A stretch of 40,773 nt of DNA. Origin: an uncultured Oscillospiraceae bacterium (lineage in GTDB: Bacteria; Bacillota; Clostridia; Oscillospirales; Oscillospiraceae). The notes under the pieces were generated by a model, which had not been told where the DNA came from, made no database searches, and saw only the letters and a list, made by a program, of their open reading frames with translations. The stretch is taken from assembly GCA_944385835.1 (NCBI GenBank), contig CALWYT010000087.1, positions 1-40,773 on the forward strand, in the 5' to 3' direction. Shown here piece by piece: positions 35,079 through 40,773 of the stretch (positions within the stretch are counted from its first letter, which is position 1; every line of letters starts with the position of its first letter). Position numbers and translations under genes: made by a program.

Positions 35079-36773
35079 TCAGCCGAGCTTAAAGCTGCCC
35101 TTAAGCTCCACGGCGCGGTTGAAAACCGGCCGCTCTGGCGTGGAATCCTTGTCGCGGGCGAAGTAGCCCTCGCGCAGGAACTGGAAGTGCGTCCCGCTCG
35201 CCTCGTCGGCGAGCATCTTCTCCACCTTGCAGCCCGTGAGCACCTCGAGGCTCTCGGGGTTGAGGCACTCGATGAAGTCCTTGCCGGCGGCGTCCGGCTC
35301 CGGGTCTGAGAAGAGGTTGGAGTAGACGCGCACCTCGGCGTCGGCGCAGTTGTTGGCGTCCACCCAGTGGAGCGTCGCGCCCTTGACCTTGCGGCCGTCG
35401 GCGGGGTCGCCGCCGCGGCTGGCGGGGTCGTACTCGCAGAGCACCTCGACGACCTCGCCGCTCTCGTCCTTGACGAAGCCGGCGCAGCGCACGAGGTACG
35501 CGCCCTTGAGCCGGCACTCCAGGCCGCAGCTCTCGCCGTCCTCGCCGGGGCAGAGACGCTTATACTTCGGCGCGCGGTGCTCCATGAAGTCCTCGCGCTC
35601 GATGTAGAGGTTGCGCGAGAAGCTCACCGCGCGGGTGCCGGCCTCCGGGTCGTTGGGGTTGTTCTCGACCTCTATCAGCTCGCTCTTGCCCTCGGGGTAG
35701 TTGACTATCGTCAGCCTGAGCGGATGCAGCACGGCCATGGCGCGCTGGGCGTGGGCGTTGAGGTCGTCGCGCAGGCAGCTCTCCAAAAGCGCGTACTCGG
35801 CCGTGGAGTTGACCTTGGCGACGCCGACGCGGGTTATGAACTCGCGTATGGCGGCGGGGGTGTAGCCCCGGCGGCGAAGCCCGCAGAGCGTGGGCATACG
35901 CGGGTCGTCCCAGCCGGAGACGTAGCCCTCCTCGACCAGCTTCCTGAGCTTGCGCTTGCTCATGACGGTGTAGTTTATCCCCAGGCGCGCGAACTCTATC
36001 TGGCGCGGCCGGTTGGGTACGGAGACGTTGTTGACCACCCAGTCGTAGAGGGGCCTGTGCGCCTCGAACTCCAGCGAGCAGAGCGAGTGCGTTATGCCCT
36101 CGAGCGCGTCCTGTATCGGGTGCGCGAAGTCGTACATGGGGTAGATGCACCACTTGTTGCCCTGGCGGTGGTGCTCAAAGTGGCGTATGCGGTAAATGAC
36201 CGGGTCGCGCATATTGAAGTTGCCGCTCGCGAGGTCTATCTTCGCGCGCAGCGTGTACTTGTTGTCCGGGAACTCGCCGGCCCGCATACGGCGGAAGAGG
36301 TCGAGACTCTCCTCGACGGGCCGGTCCCGCCAGGGGCTGCGCGCCGGGGTGCTGACGTCGCCGCGGTACTCGCGGAACTGCTCGGGAGTCAGCTCGCAGA
36401 CGTAGGCCAGGCCCTTTTTGATAAGCTCCTCGGCGTACTCGTAAGTCTGCTCAAAGTAGTCCGAGCCGTAGAAGAACCTGTCGCCCCAGTCGAAGCCCAG
36501 CCAGTGTATGTCCTCCTTTATCGCGTCGACGTACTCCGTGTCCTCCTTGGCCGGGTTGGTGTCGTCCATGCGGAGGTTGCAGATTCCGCCGAAGCGCTCG
36601 GCCGTGCCGAAGTCTATGATAAGCGCCTTGCAGTGTCCGATGTGCAGATAGCCGTTCGGCTCAGGCGGGAAGCGCGTGTGGACCTGCCGGCCCTCGAAGC
36701 GCCCGCCGGGCGCAATGTCCTCGGATACGAACTGCTCGATAAAATTGCGGGAAGTCTCTTCCATAGCGTTCAC
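35079..36773 (-). CDS. glnS: glutamine--tRNA ligase
   Basis: 564 aa. TRFPPEPNGYLHIGH (HIGH), LRMDDTNPAKE, VMSKRKL (KMSKS), GlnRS-type C-terminal beta-barrels. Confidence 0.95.
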   Translation of the reverse strand: MNAMEETSRNFIEQFVSEDIAPGGRFEGRQVHTRFPPEPNGYLHIGHCKALIIDFGTAERFGGICNLRMDDTNPAKEDTEYVDAIKEDIHWLGFDWGDRFFYGSDYFEQTYEYAEELIKKGLAYVCELTPEQFREYRGDVSTPARSPWRDRPVEESLDLFRRMRAGEFPDNKYTLRAKIDLASGNFNMRDPVIYRIRHFEHHRQGNKWCIYPMYDFAHPIQDALEGITHSLCSLEFEAHRPLYDWVVNNVSVPNRPRQIEFARLGINYTVMSKRKLRKLVEEGYVSGWDDPRMPTLCGLRRRGYTPAAIREFITRVGVAKVNSTAEYALLESCLRDDLNAHAQRAMAVLHPLRLTIVNYPEGKSELIEVENNPNDPEAGTRAVSFSRNLYIEREDFMEHRAPKYKRLCPGEDGESCGLECRLKGAYLVRCAGFVKDESGEVVEVLCEYDPASRGGDPADGRKVKGATLHWVDANNCADAEVRVYSNLFSDPEPDAAGKDFIECLNPESLEVLTGCKVEKMLADEASGTHFQFLREGYFARDKDSTPERPVFNRAVELKGSFKLG

Positions 36774-36795
36774 CCTCTAGAGTAATTACCGACAT

Positions 36796-36824
36796 ATTAT
36801 AACTTAAAGCGCCCCGTTTTACAA
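36796..36824 (-). promoter_or_regulatory. glnS promoter
   Basis: Minus strand: TTGTAA (36824-36819), 17-nt spacer, TATAAT (36801-36796). Short leader with an AGAGGGTGA RBS. Confidence 0.55.
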
Positions 36825-36865
36825 CCGGCTTTTTCGGCGCGGAGCGATTTCCGCCCCTTTCCCCC

Positions 36866-36894
36866 TTGACAAACGCCGCGCCGTACTGTATGCT
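36866..36894 (+). promoter_or_regulatory. promoter of the TetR-TrxR-Trx operon
   Basis: TTGACA (36866-36871), 17-nt spacer, TATGCT (36889-36894). Confidence 0.5.
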
Positions 36895-36915
36895 GTAACA
36901 GCGGAGGAGGAACAA

Positions 36916-36972
36916 ATGTTCCAAAATAAAACGTGTGTTCCGATACGACGGGGAGGAGGCTGCGGTATTTGA
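36916..36972 (+). CDS. candidate 18-codon upstream ORF (MFQNKTCVPIRRGGGCGI)
   Basis: ATG is preceded by GGAGGAGGAACAA. Its TGA (36970-36972) overlaps the TTG (36969-36971) proposed as the TetR start. Not in the ORF track. Speculative. Confidence 0.25.
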   Translation: MFQNKTCVPIRRGGGCGI

Positions 36973-37523
36973 AAAACAACCAGGCGGCGTTCATAAAGCT
37001 GTGCCTGGCCGACGCGCTGATCTCCCTGATGCGGGAGCGCCCCTACGCCGAGATAGGCGTCAGCGACGTCTGCGAGCGCTCCGGGCTGGGCCGCACGACC
37101 TTCTACCGCCACTGCGACTGCAAGGGCAGCATGGACGGGCTGCTGATCTTCAAGCTGGAGTACGAGTGGGAGCGCTACAGGCGGCTGCACGGGGAGGAGC
37201 CGGGGCGCGGCTGCGGCTGCGCGCTGCTCGAGTGCATCTACGAAAACCGCGAGCAGGCGCTGCTGATGTACCGCAACGGGCTGTACGACGCGCTGCGCCG
37301 GGCCTACGAGCGGATGTCGGAGGCGGAGGGCGGCGAGGCGGACGCAGACGCCTATCTGAGGAGCTTTTACACCTACGGCCGCTTCGGCGTGCTGTGCCGC
37401 TGGATAGAGGACGGCTTTGACAAGACCCCGGGCCAGGTCTGCGGCATAATCGGCGCCGCGGCCGGGGGCTGCGCGCCGGAGGGCGCGCTGCGTGCGGATA
37501 CAGACAGAACTGAGGAGGCATAA
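36969..37523 (+). CDS. TetR/AcrR family transcriptional regulator
   Basis: TTG at 36969 lies 8 nt after GGGGAGGAGG. KNNQAAFIKLCLADALISLMRERPYAEIGVSDVCERSGLGRTTFYRH is a TetR HTH. The track ORF starts at GTG 36933. Confidence 0.75.
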   Translation: MKNNQAAFIKLCLADALISLMRERPYAEIGVSDVCERSGLGRTTFYRHCDCKGSMDGLLIFKLEYEWERYRRLHGEEPGRGCGCALLECIYENREQALLMYRNGLYDALRRAYERMSEAEGGEADADAYLRSFYTYGRFGVLCRWIEDGFDKTPGQVCGIIGAAAGGCAPEGALRADTDRTEEA

Positions 37524-37524
37524 T

Positions 37525-38358
37525 ATGGACGGGATATTCGACATTATCGTTATCGGTTCCGGCCCGGCGGGCGTCTCCGCCGCGCTGACGGCCAGGCAGC
37601 GCGGGAAGAGCGCGCTTATCATCACCACGGCGCCGGAGGATTCCCCGCTCTACAGGGCCGAGCGCGTGGACAACTATCCCGGGCTGCCGGGCGCCACGGG
37701 AGCGGAGCTGGTGGAGGCCTTTGTGAAGCACGCCGAGGCCTCCGGCGTCGGGATAATGCGCGGCCGCGCGCTGGCCGTGGCGGACCTCGGCGGCGTCTAC
37801 GGCGTCAGCGTCGGCTCCGACTTCGTGCAGGGCGGCGCGGTGGTGCTCGCCTGCGGCCTCGCCAGGGCCAAGCCCTTCCCGGGCGAGGCGGAGTACCTCG
37901 GCCGCGGCGTCAGCTACTGCGCCACCTGCGACGGTATGCTCTACAGGGGCAGGCGGGTGGCTGTCGTGGGCCTCTCCGCGGACGCGCCGGAGGAGGCGGA
38001 GTACCTGCGCTCCATAGGCTGCGAGGTGGAGTACTTCGACGCCTCGCGCGCCAAAAGGTACGCCGTGCTGGGCGCCGAGCGCGTCACGGGCCTCGAGGCC
38101 GACGGCGAGACGTACCCGGCCGACGCCGTGTTCATCTTCCGCGGGGCGGTGGCCCCGGACAGCCTGCTGCCCGGCCTGGCCCTCGCCGGCGGGAGCATAG
38201 TCGTGGACTCCGCCATGGCGACCAATATGCCGGGCGTATTCGCCGCCGGAGACTGCACCGGCGCGCCCTATCAGGTGGCCAAGGCCGCCGGCGAGGGGAA
38301 TATCGCGGGCCTCTCCGCCTGCAAATATCTTGAGAACAAAACCAAGGAGGAAAAATAA
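37525..38358 (+). CDS. thioredoxin-reductase-like flavoprotein lacking the NADPH-binding motifs
   Basis: ATG after GAGGAGG. FAD motif IIVIGSGPAG, redox-active CATC, GVFAAGDC. In place of GGGNSAxEEA and HRRDxxR it has VVGLSADAPEEAEYL and YFDASRAKRY. Confidence 0.8.
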   Translation: MDGIFDIIVIGSGPAGVSAALTARQRGKSALIITTAPEDSPLYRAERVDNYPGLPGATGAELVEAFVKHAEASGVGIMRGRALAVADLGGVYGVSVGSDFVQGGAVVLACGLARAKPFPGEAEYLGRGVSYCATCDGMLYRGRRVAVVGLSADAPEEAEYLRSIGCEVEYFDASRAKRYAVLGAERVTGLEADGETYPADAVFIFRGAVAPDSLLPGLALAGGSIVVDSAMATNMPGVFAAGDCTGAPYQVAKAAGEGNIAGLSACKYLENKTKEEK

Positions 38359-38360
38359 TA

Positions 38361-38666
38361 ATGGCAATTATCCATCTCACCAAGGACAACTTCGACTCCA
38401 CCGTCGCGTCCGGCAAGGTCGTCGTGGACTTCTGGGCTTCCTGGTGCGGCCCCTGCCGTATGCAGTCGCCGATACTCGAGCAGTTCGCCGAGACGCATCA
38501 GGACGTCGCCGTCTGCAAGGTGGACGTGGACGACGAGCCGCAGCTCGCCGCCCGCTACGGCGTCATGAACATCCCCACGCTGCTGTACTTCCAGGACGGC
38601 AACCTCATCAACAAGACCGTCGGAGTGCAGAGCCTGGCCCAGATCGCCGCCGCGATGGGCGTATGA
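38361..38666 (+). CDS. trxA: thioredoxin
   Basis: 101 aa. VVVDFWASWCGPCRM active site, NIPTLLYF. Confidence 0.9.
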   Translation: MAIIHLTKDNFDSTVASGKVVVDFWASWCGPCRMQSPILEQFAETHQDVAVCKVDVDDEPQLAARYGVMNIPTLLYFQDGNLINKTVGVQSLAQIAAAMGV

Positions 38667-38725
38667 GAAAGATAAAACCGGGGCCTGTGTGAACCGCCCC
38701 AGTAAAACTGGACAATAGACAAAAT

Positions 38726-38762
38726 ACCCCCTGATGTAGGAAAATAGACTACATCAGGGGGT
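38726..38762 (-). terminator. 14-bp perfect hairpin, likely terminator of the minus-strand lipoprotein gene
   Basis: ACCCCCTGATGTAG / CTACATCAGGGGGT, 9-nt loop. ATTTTGTCTATTG follows on the minus strand. Confidence 0.55.
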
Positions 38763-38868
38763 AATATCATGAAGAAACGAAATCACACACACGTTCGGGT
38801 CCTGCTGCCTGAAATTAAGGCCATGCTTGACGCGGCCTTCCGCTTTGAAATCCGCGCCGGCGCTTCGC

Positions 38869-39192
38869 TTAACCGGCGCGCCTTAAAATCGCCACGCCGT
38901 ATTCGGTGTATATACGGAGCGTGTTCCCGGAAAGCTCATATCTCCCCTCCTCGGCCCCATACCAAGGATCTATAATGCTCAGCGTGTCGCCTTCGATGAA
39001 CCATCTGGCTGTAGTGCCATCGGCATCTACAACATTGTAGTCATCGTAGAAAATCATATATTGTTCTGGGTCGGCATCATATACCCATTTCCCCAGTATC
39101 TGCTCCTCCGGCGACTGCGCGACGCAGCCGGCCAGCGCGCCTAACAGCAATACACACAGCAGCACAGTCGCCAACAGCCTTATCCTTTTCAT
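38869..39192 (-). CDS. small lipoprotein, unknown function
   Basis: ATG at 39192 after AGGAGGAATGGAA. MKRIRLLATVLLCVLLLGALAGC lipobox. Beta-rich body (GKWVYDAD...TLSIID...YELSGNTLRIY). AT-richer than the flanks. Confidence 0.7.
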   Translation of the reverse strand: MKRIRLLATVLLCVLLLGALAGCVAQSPEEQILGKWVYDADPEQYMIFYDDYNVVDADGTTARWFIEGDTLSIIDPWYGAEEGRYELSGNTLRIYTEYGVAILRRAG

Positions 39193-39237
39193 TTCCATTC
39201 CTCCTAGATGTTAAATTTAGTTTGCGCCATACACAGT

Positions 39238-39280
39238 TTAAAACATTTTGTTTTAAATGTAATAAAACAAAATGTTTTAA
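39238..39280. promoter_or_regulatory. 18-bp perfect inverted repeat (TTAAAACATTTTGTTTTA-N7-TAAAACAAAATGTTTTAA) in the divergent promoter region
   Basis: Arms 39238-39255 and 39263-39280 verified base by base. Lies between the lipoprotein start (39192) and the XRE start (39320). A TATAAT (minus strand) and a TATACT (plus strand) abut it. Confidence 0.6.
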
Positions 39281-39319
39281 TTATACTTTCGTACAGATAC
39301 TTGCACGAGGTGATGGGAT

Positions 39320-39547
39320 ATGTACAGGCGCATACGTGACCTGCGCGAGGACGCAGACATGACTCAGACGGATCTGGCCCGGTATCTGAAATGCTCCCAG
39401 GTCTGTTACTCCAACTATGAGCTTGGCAAGCGCGACATCCCGACCGATGTGTTGTCAGCCCTTGCTGACCTCTACCAGACAAGCACCGATTACCTGCTCG
39501 GCCGCACCGATACCCGCCGGCCCTATCCCGCCGTGCGGAAAAGTTGA
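39320..39547 (+). CDS. XRE (Cro/CI-type) family HTH transcriptional regulator
   Basis: 75 aa. IRDLREDADMTQTDLARYLKCSQVCYSNYELGKRDIPTDVLSALADLYQTSTDYLLGRTD. GAGGTGA RBS. Confidence 0.85.
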   Translation: MYRRIRDLREDADMTQTDLARYLKCSQVCYSNYELGKRDIPTDVLSALADLYQTSTDYLLGRTDTRRPYPAVRKS

Positions 39548-39653
39548 CCCCGCGCCCCGCTTTTGTGGGGGCTGTTCTCGTTCGGGTTCATAAATAATTT
39601 GCATTTTATAATTATATAAATCTCATGATGAAAGTTGCCGCGCGTACTATACT

Positions 39654-39800
39654 TTATCCTGCCGTGGCGGGCGTCGCCTCCGGCGGCTCGCTCGTCGCGG
39701 ACGGCGACGCTTCCGATGCCTCCGCCGGCGTCCCGCTCACGCCGCAGGCGGCGAGCGAGAGGAAGGCCAGGGCCAGTATTACGCAGAGAAGCTTTTGCAT
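39654..39800 (-). CDS. 48-aa mini-lipoprotein or truncated lipoprotein gene
   Basis: Not in the ORF track. AGGAGGGATAAG RBS, MQKLLCVILALAFLSLAACGVSGTPAEASEASPSATSEPPEATPATAG*. LAAC lipobox followed only by a low-complexity linker. Confidence 0.5.
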   Translation of the reverse strand: MQKLLCVILALAFLSLAACGVSGTPAEASEASPSATSEPPEATPATAG

Positions 39801-39856
39801 CTTATCCCTCCTTTTTTGATAAGACGCATTCCAAGAAATAGGCTACGGCATAAGGC

Positions 39857-39886
39857 AAAACGCCTCTGAAAATTCAGAGGCGTTTT
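39857..39886 (-). terminator. valS terminator
   Basis: AAAACGCCTCTGAA / TTCAGAGGCGTTTT hairpin, followed on the minus strand by a T-run. Confidence 0.7.
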
Positions 39887-39897
39887 GGTTTGCATAA

Positions 39898-40773
39898 TCA
39901 GCCAAGCTCCTTGAGCGAACCCTCGATATTGGCGATGAGGGCCTTGGCCTTCTCCGCCCTCTCGCGCTCGGCGTTGACGACGGCCTCGGGCGCGCGGGAG
40001 ACGAAATCGGCGTTGGCCAGCTTCTTTTCCTGGGCGGCGAGCTGGTTTTTCGCCTTTTCCAGCTCCTTTTCGAGCCTGGCGCGCTCGGCGGCTATGTCAA
40101 CCAGCTCGGCCATGGGCATGAAGAGCCTGGCGGAGTGCGTCGTGACCGTCACCATGCCCGGGCCGGCCTCATAGTCCGCGCCAGCCAGCTCGACCTCGCT
40201 CGCCCCGGCGAGGCGCTCGATATAGGGCGCGCCGGCGGCGAAGGTGGCTGCCTCTGCGGTGGAGACTATGACCTTGGCCTTGCGGCTGGGCGGCACGTTC
40301 ATGTCCGCGCGGCGGGAGCGCAGGGCGCGTATCGCGTCCATGACCAGCTCAAAGCTGCGCTCCTCCTCGGGGAAGGCGAGGCTCTCGTCGTAGCGCGGGT
40401 AGGGCGCGATGATGAGCGCCTCGCTCTCGTGCGGGATGGCCTGGTAGATCTCCTCGGTGATGAAGGGCATGAAGGGGTGCAGCAGCCGCAGGACCTGAAT
40501 CAAGACGTAGCACAGCACGTTCTGGGCGTTCTCCGCGGTGTCGGCGCTCCGCATCCGGTCCTTGGTCAGCTCGATATACCAGTCGCAGTAGGTGTCCCAG
40601 ATGAAGTCGTAGACCTTGGCGGAGGCCACGCCCAGCTCGTAGGCGTCCATGTTCTCCGTGACCTCGCGGATCAGGGTGTTGAGCTTGCTGAGGACCCACT
40701 TGTCCTCCAGCTCCAGCTTCTCCGGCAGCTCCACCTGGTCGATGGTCAGGTTCATCATCACGAACCGGCTGGC
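39898..40773 (-). CDS. valS: valine--tRNA ligase, C-terminal part (gene continues beyond window end)
   Basis: Anticodon-binding domain KVYDFIWDTYCDWYIELTK and C-terminal coiled coil LEKELEKAKNQLAAQEKKLANADFVSRAPEAVVNAERER. The frame stays open to 40773. Confidence 0.9.
   Translation of the reverse strand, partial: ASRFVMMNLTIDQVELPEKLELEDKWVLSKLNTLIREVTENMDAYELGVASAKVYDFIWDTYCDWYIELTKDRMRSADTAENAQNVLCYVLIQVLRLLHPFMPFITEEIYQAIPHESEALIIAPYPRYDESLAFPEEERSFELVMDAIRALRSRRADMNVPPSRKAKVIVSTAEAATFAAGAPYIERLAGASEVELAGADYEAGPGMVTVTTHSARLFMPMAELVDIAAERARLEKELEKAKNQLAAQEKKLANADFVSRAPEAVVNAERERAEKAKALIANIEGSLKELG

Noticed and set aside
36774-36865. A T-box or other leader upstream of glnS.
   Set aside because: The promoter (36796-36824) lies only about 20 nt from the RBS. 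There is no room for a T-box and no specifier or T-box sequence.
38769-38975. The 68-aa plus-strand ORF starting right after the 38726-38762 hairpin (MKKRNHTHVRVLLPEIKAMLDAA...).
   Set aside because: Its second half is antisense to the well-supported lipoprotein gene (38869-39192), and there is no clear RBS. At most the first 25 or so codons could be a remnant of an HTH or transposase-like N-terminus, which I cannot substantiate.
39625-39841. Plus-strand ORFs 39625-39819 and 39635-39841.
   Set aside because: Both are antisense to the mini-lipoprotein, which has a strong RBS and lipobox. Their translations are A/S/G/R-rich without motifs.

Overview
High-GC Clostridia-type chromosomal window of about 40.8 kb, densely coding and mostly housekeeping or metabolic. 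I saw no rRNA, tRNA, CRISPR array, transposase or recombinase.

Gene content, left to right:
- 1-9555: partial lipoprotein gene, then a TetR regulator divergent from a sugar cluster. The cluster holds a ROK kinase, two tandem VOC/glyoxalase-fold paralogs (one with an N-terminal zinc ribbon), a CUT2-type ABC importer and a phospho-type GH1 glycosidase.
- 9552-11602: spoIID and a polytopic membrane protein.
- 11750-14992: conserved rpmH-rnpA-yidD-yidC-jag block, followed by a stand-alone ACP.
- 15089-18377: tightly overlapping minus-strand operon (small DUF-like protein, membrane protein, AlkD-like protein, DEDDh exonuclease, SAM methyltransferase, YlmC/YmxH).
- 18530-23952: TetR regulator divergent from an MMPL/RND transporter, a secreted protein with xxxLxxG heptad repeats, and a lipoprotein.
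- 24003-26495: phosphodiester glycosidase, then a probable cobalamin-riboswitch operon (DUF4430 protein plus ECF-S-like membrane protein).
- 26630-29941: YheO-type regulator with a DAACS symporter, an Asp/Glu-racemase-family protein (first catalytic Cys replaced by Ala) and RidA.
- 30010-34162: AIM24/TIGR00266 protein, def, an XRE-S24 repressor, nth, rarA, DUF951.
- 34200-34700: an AT-richer islet.
- 34712-40773: BSD/cdd-like deaminase with no canonical start, glnS, TetR plus an NADPH-motif-less thioredoxin-reductase-like gene plus trxA, a second AT-richer islet (lipoproteins, small XRE, 18-bp perfect palindrome), and the 3' end of valS.

No known defence or mobile system is recognisable. The candidates most worth a second look are the MMPL/heptad-repeat/lipoprotein module, the six-gene overlapping operon, the racemase-variant/RidA cluster, the zinc-ribbon VOC pair, and the 34.2-34.7 kb islet. 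That islet has a perfect consensus promoter flanked by an imperfect inverted repeat. All functional calls rest on motif recognition by eye and need HMM or BLAST confirmation.
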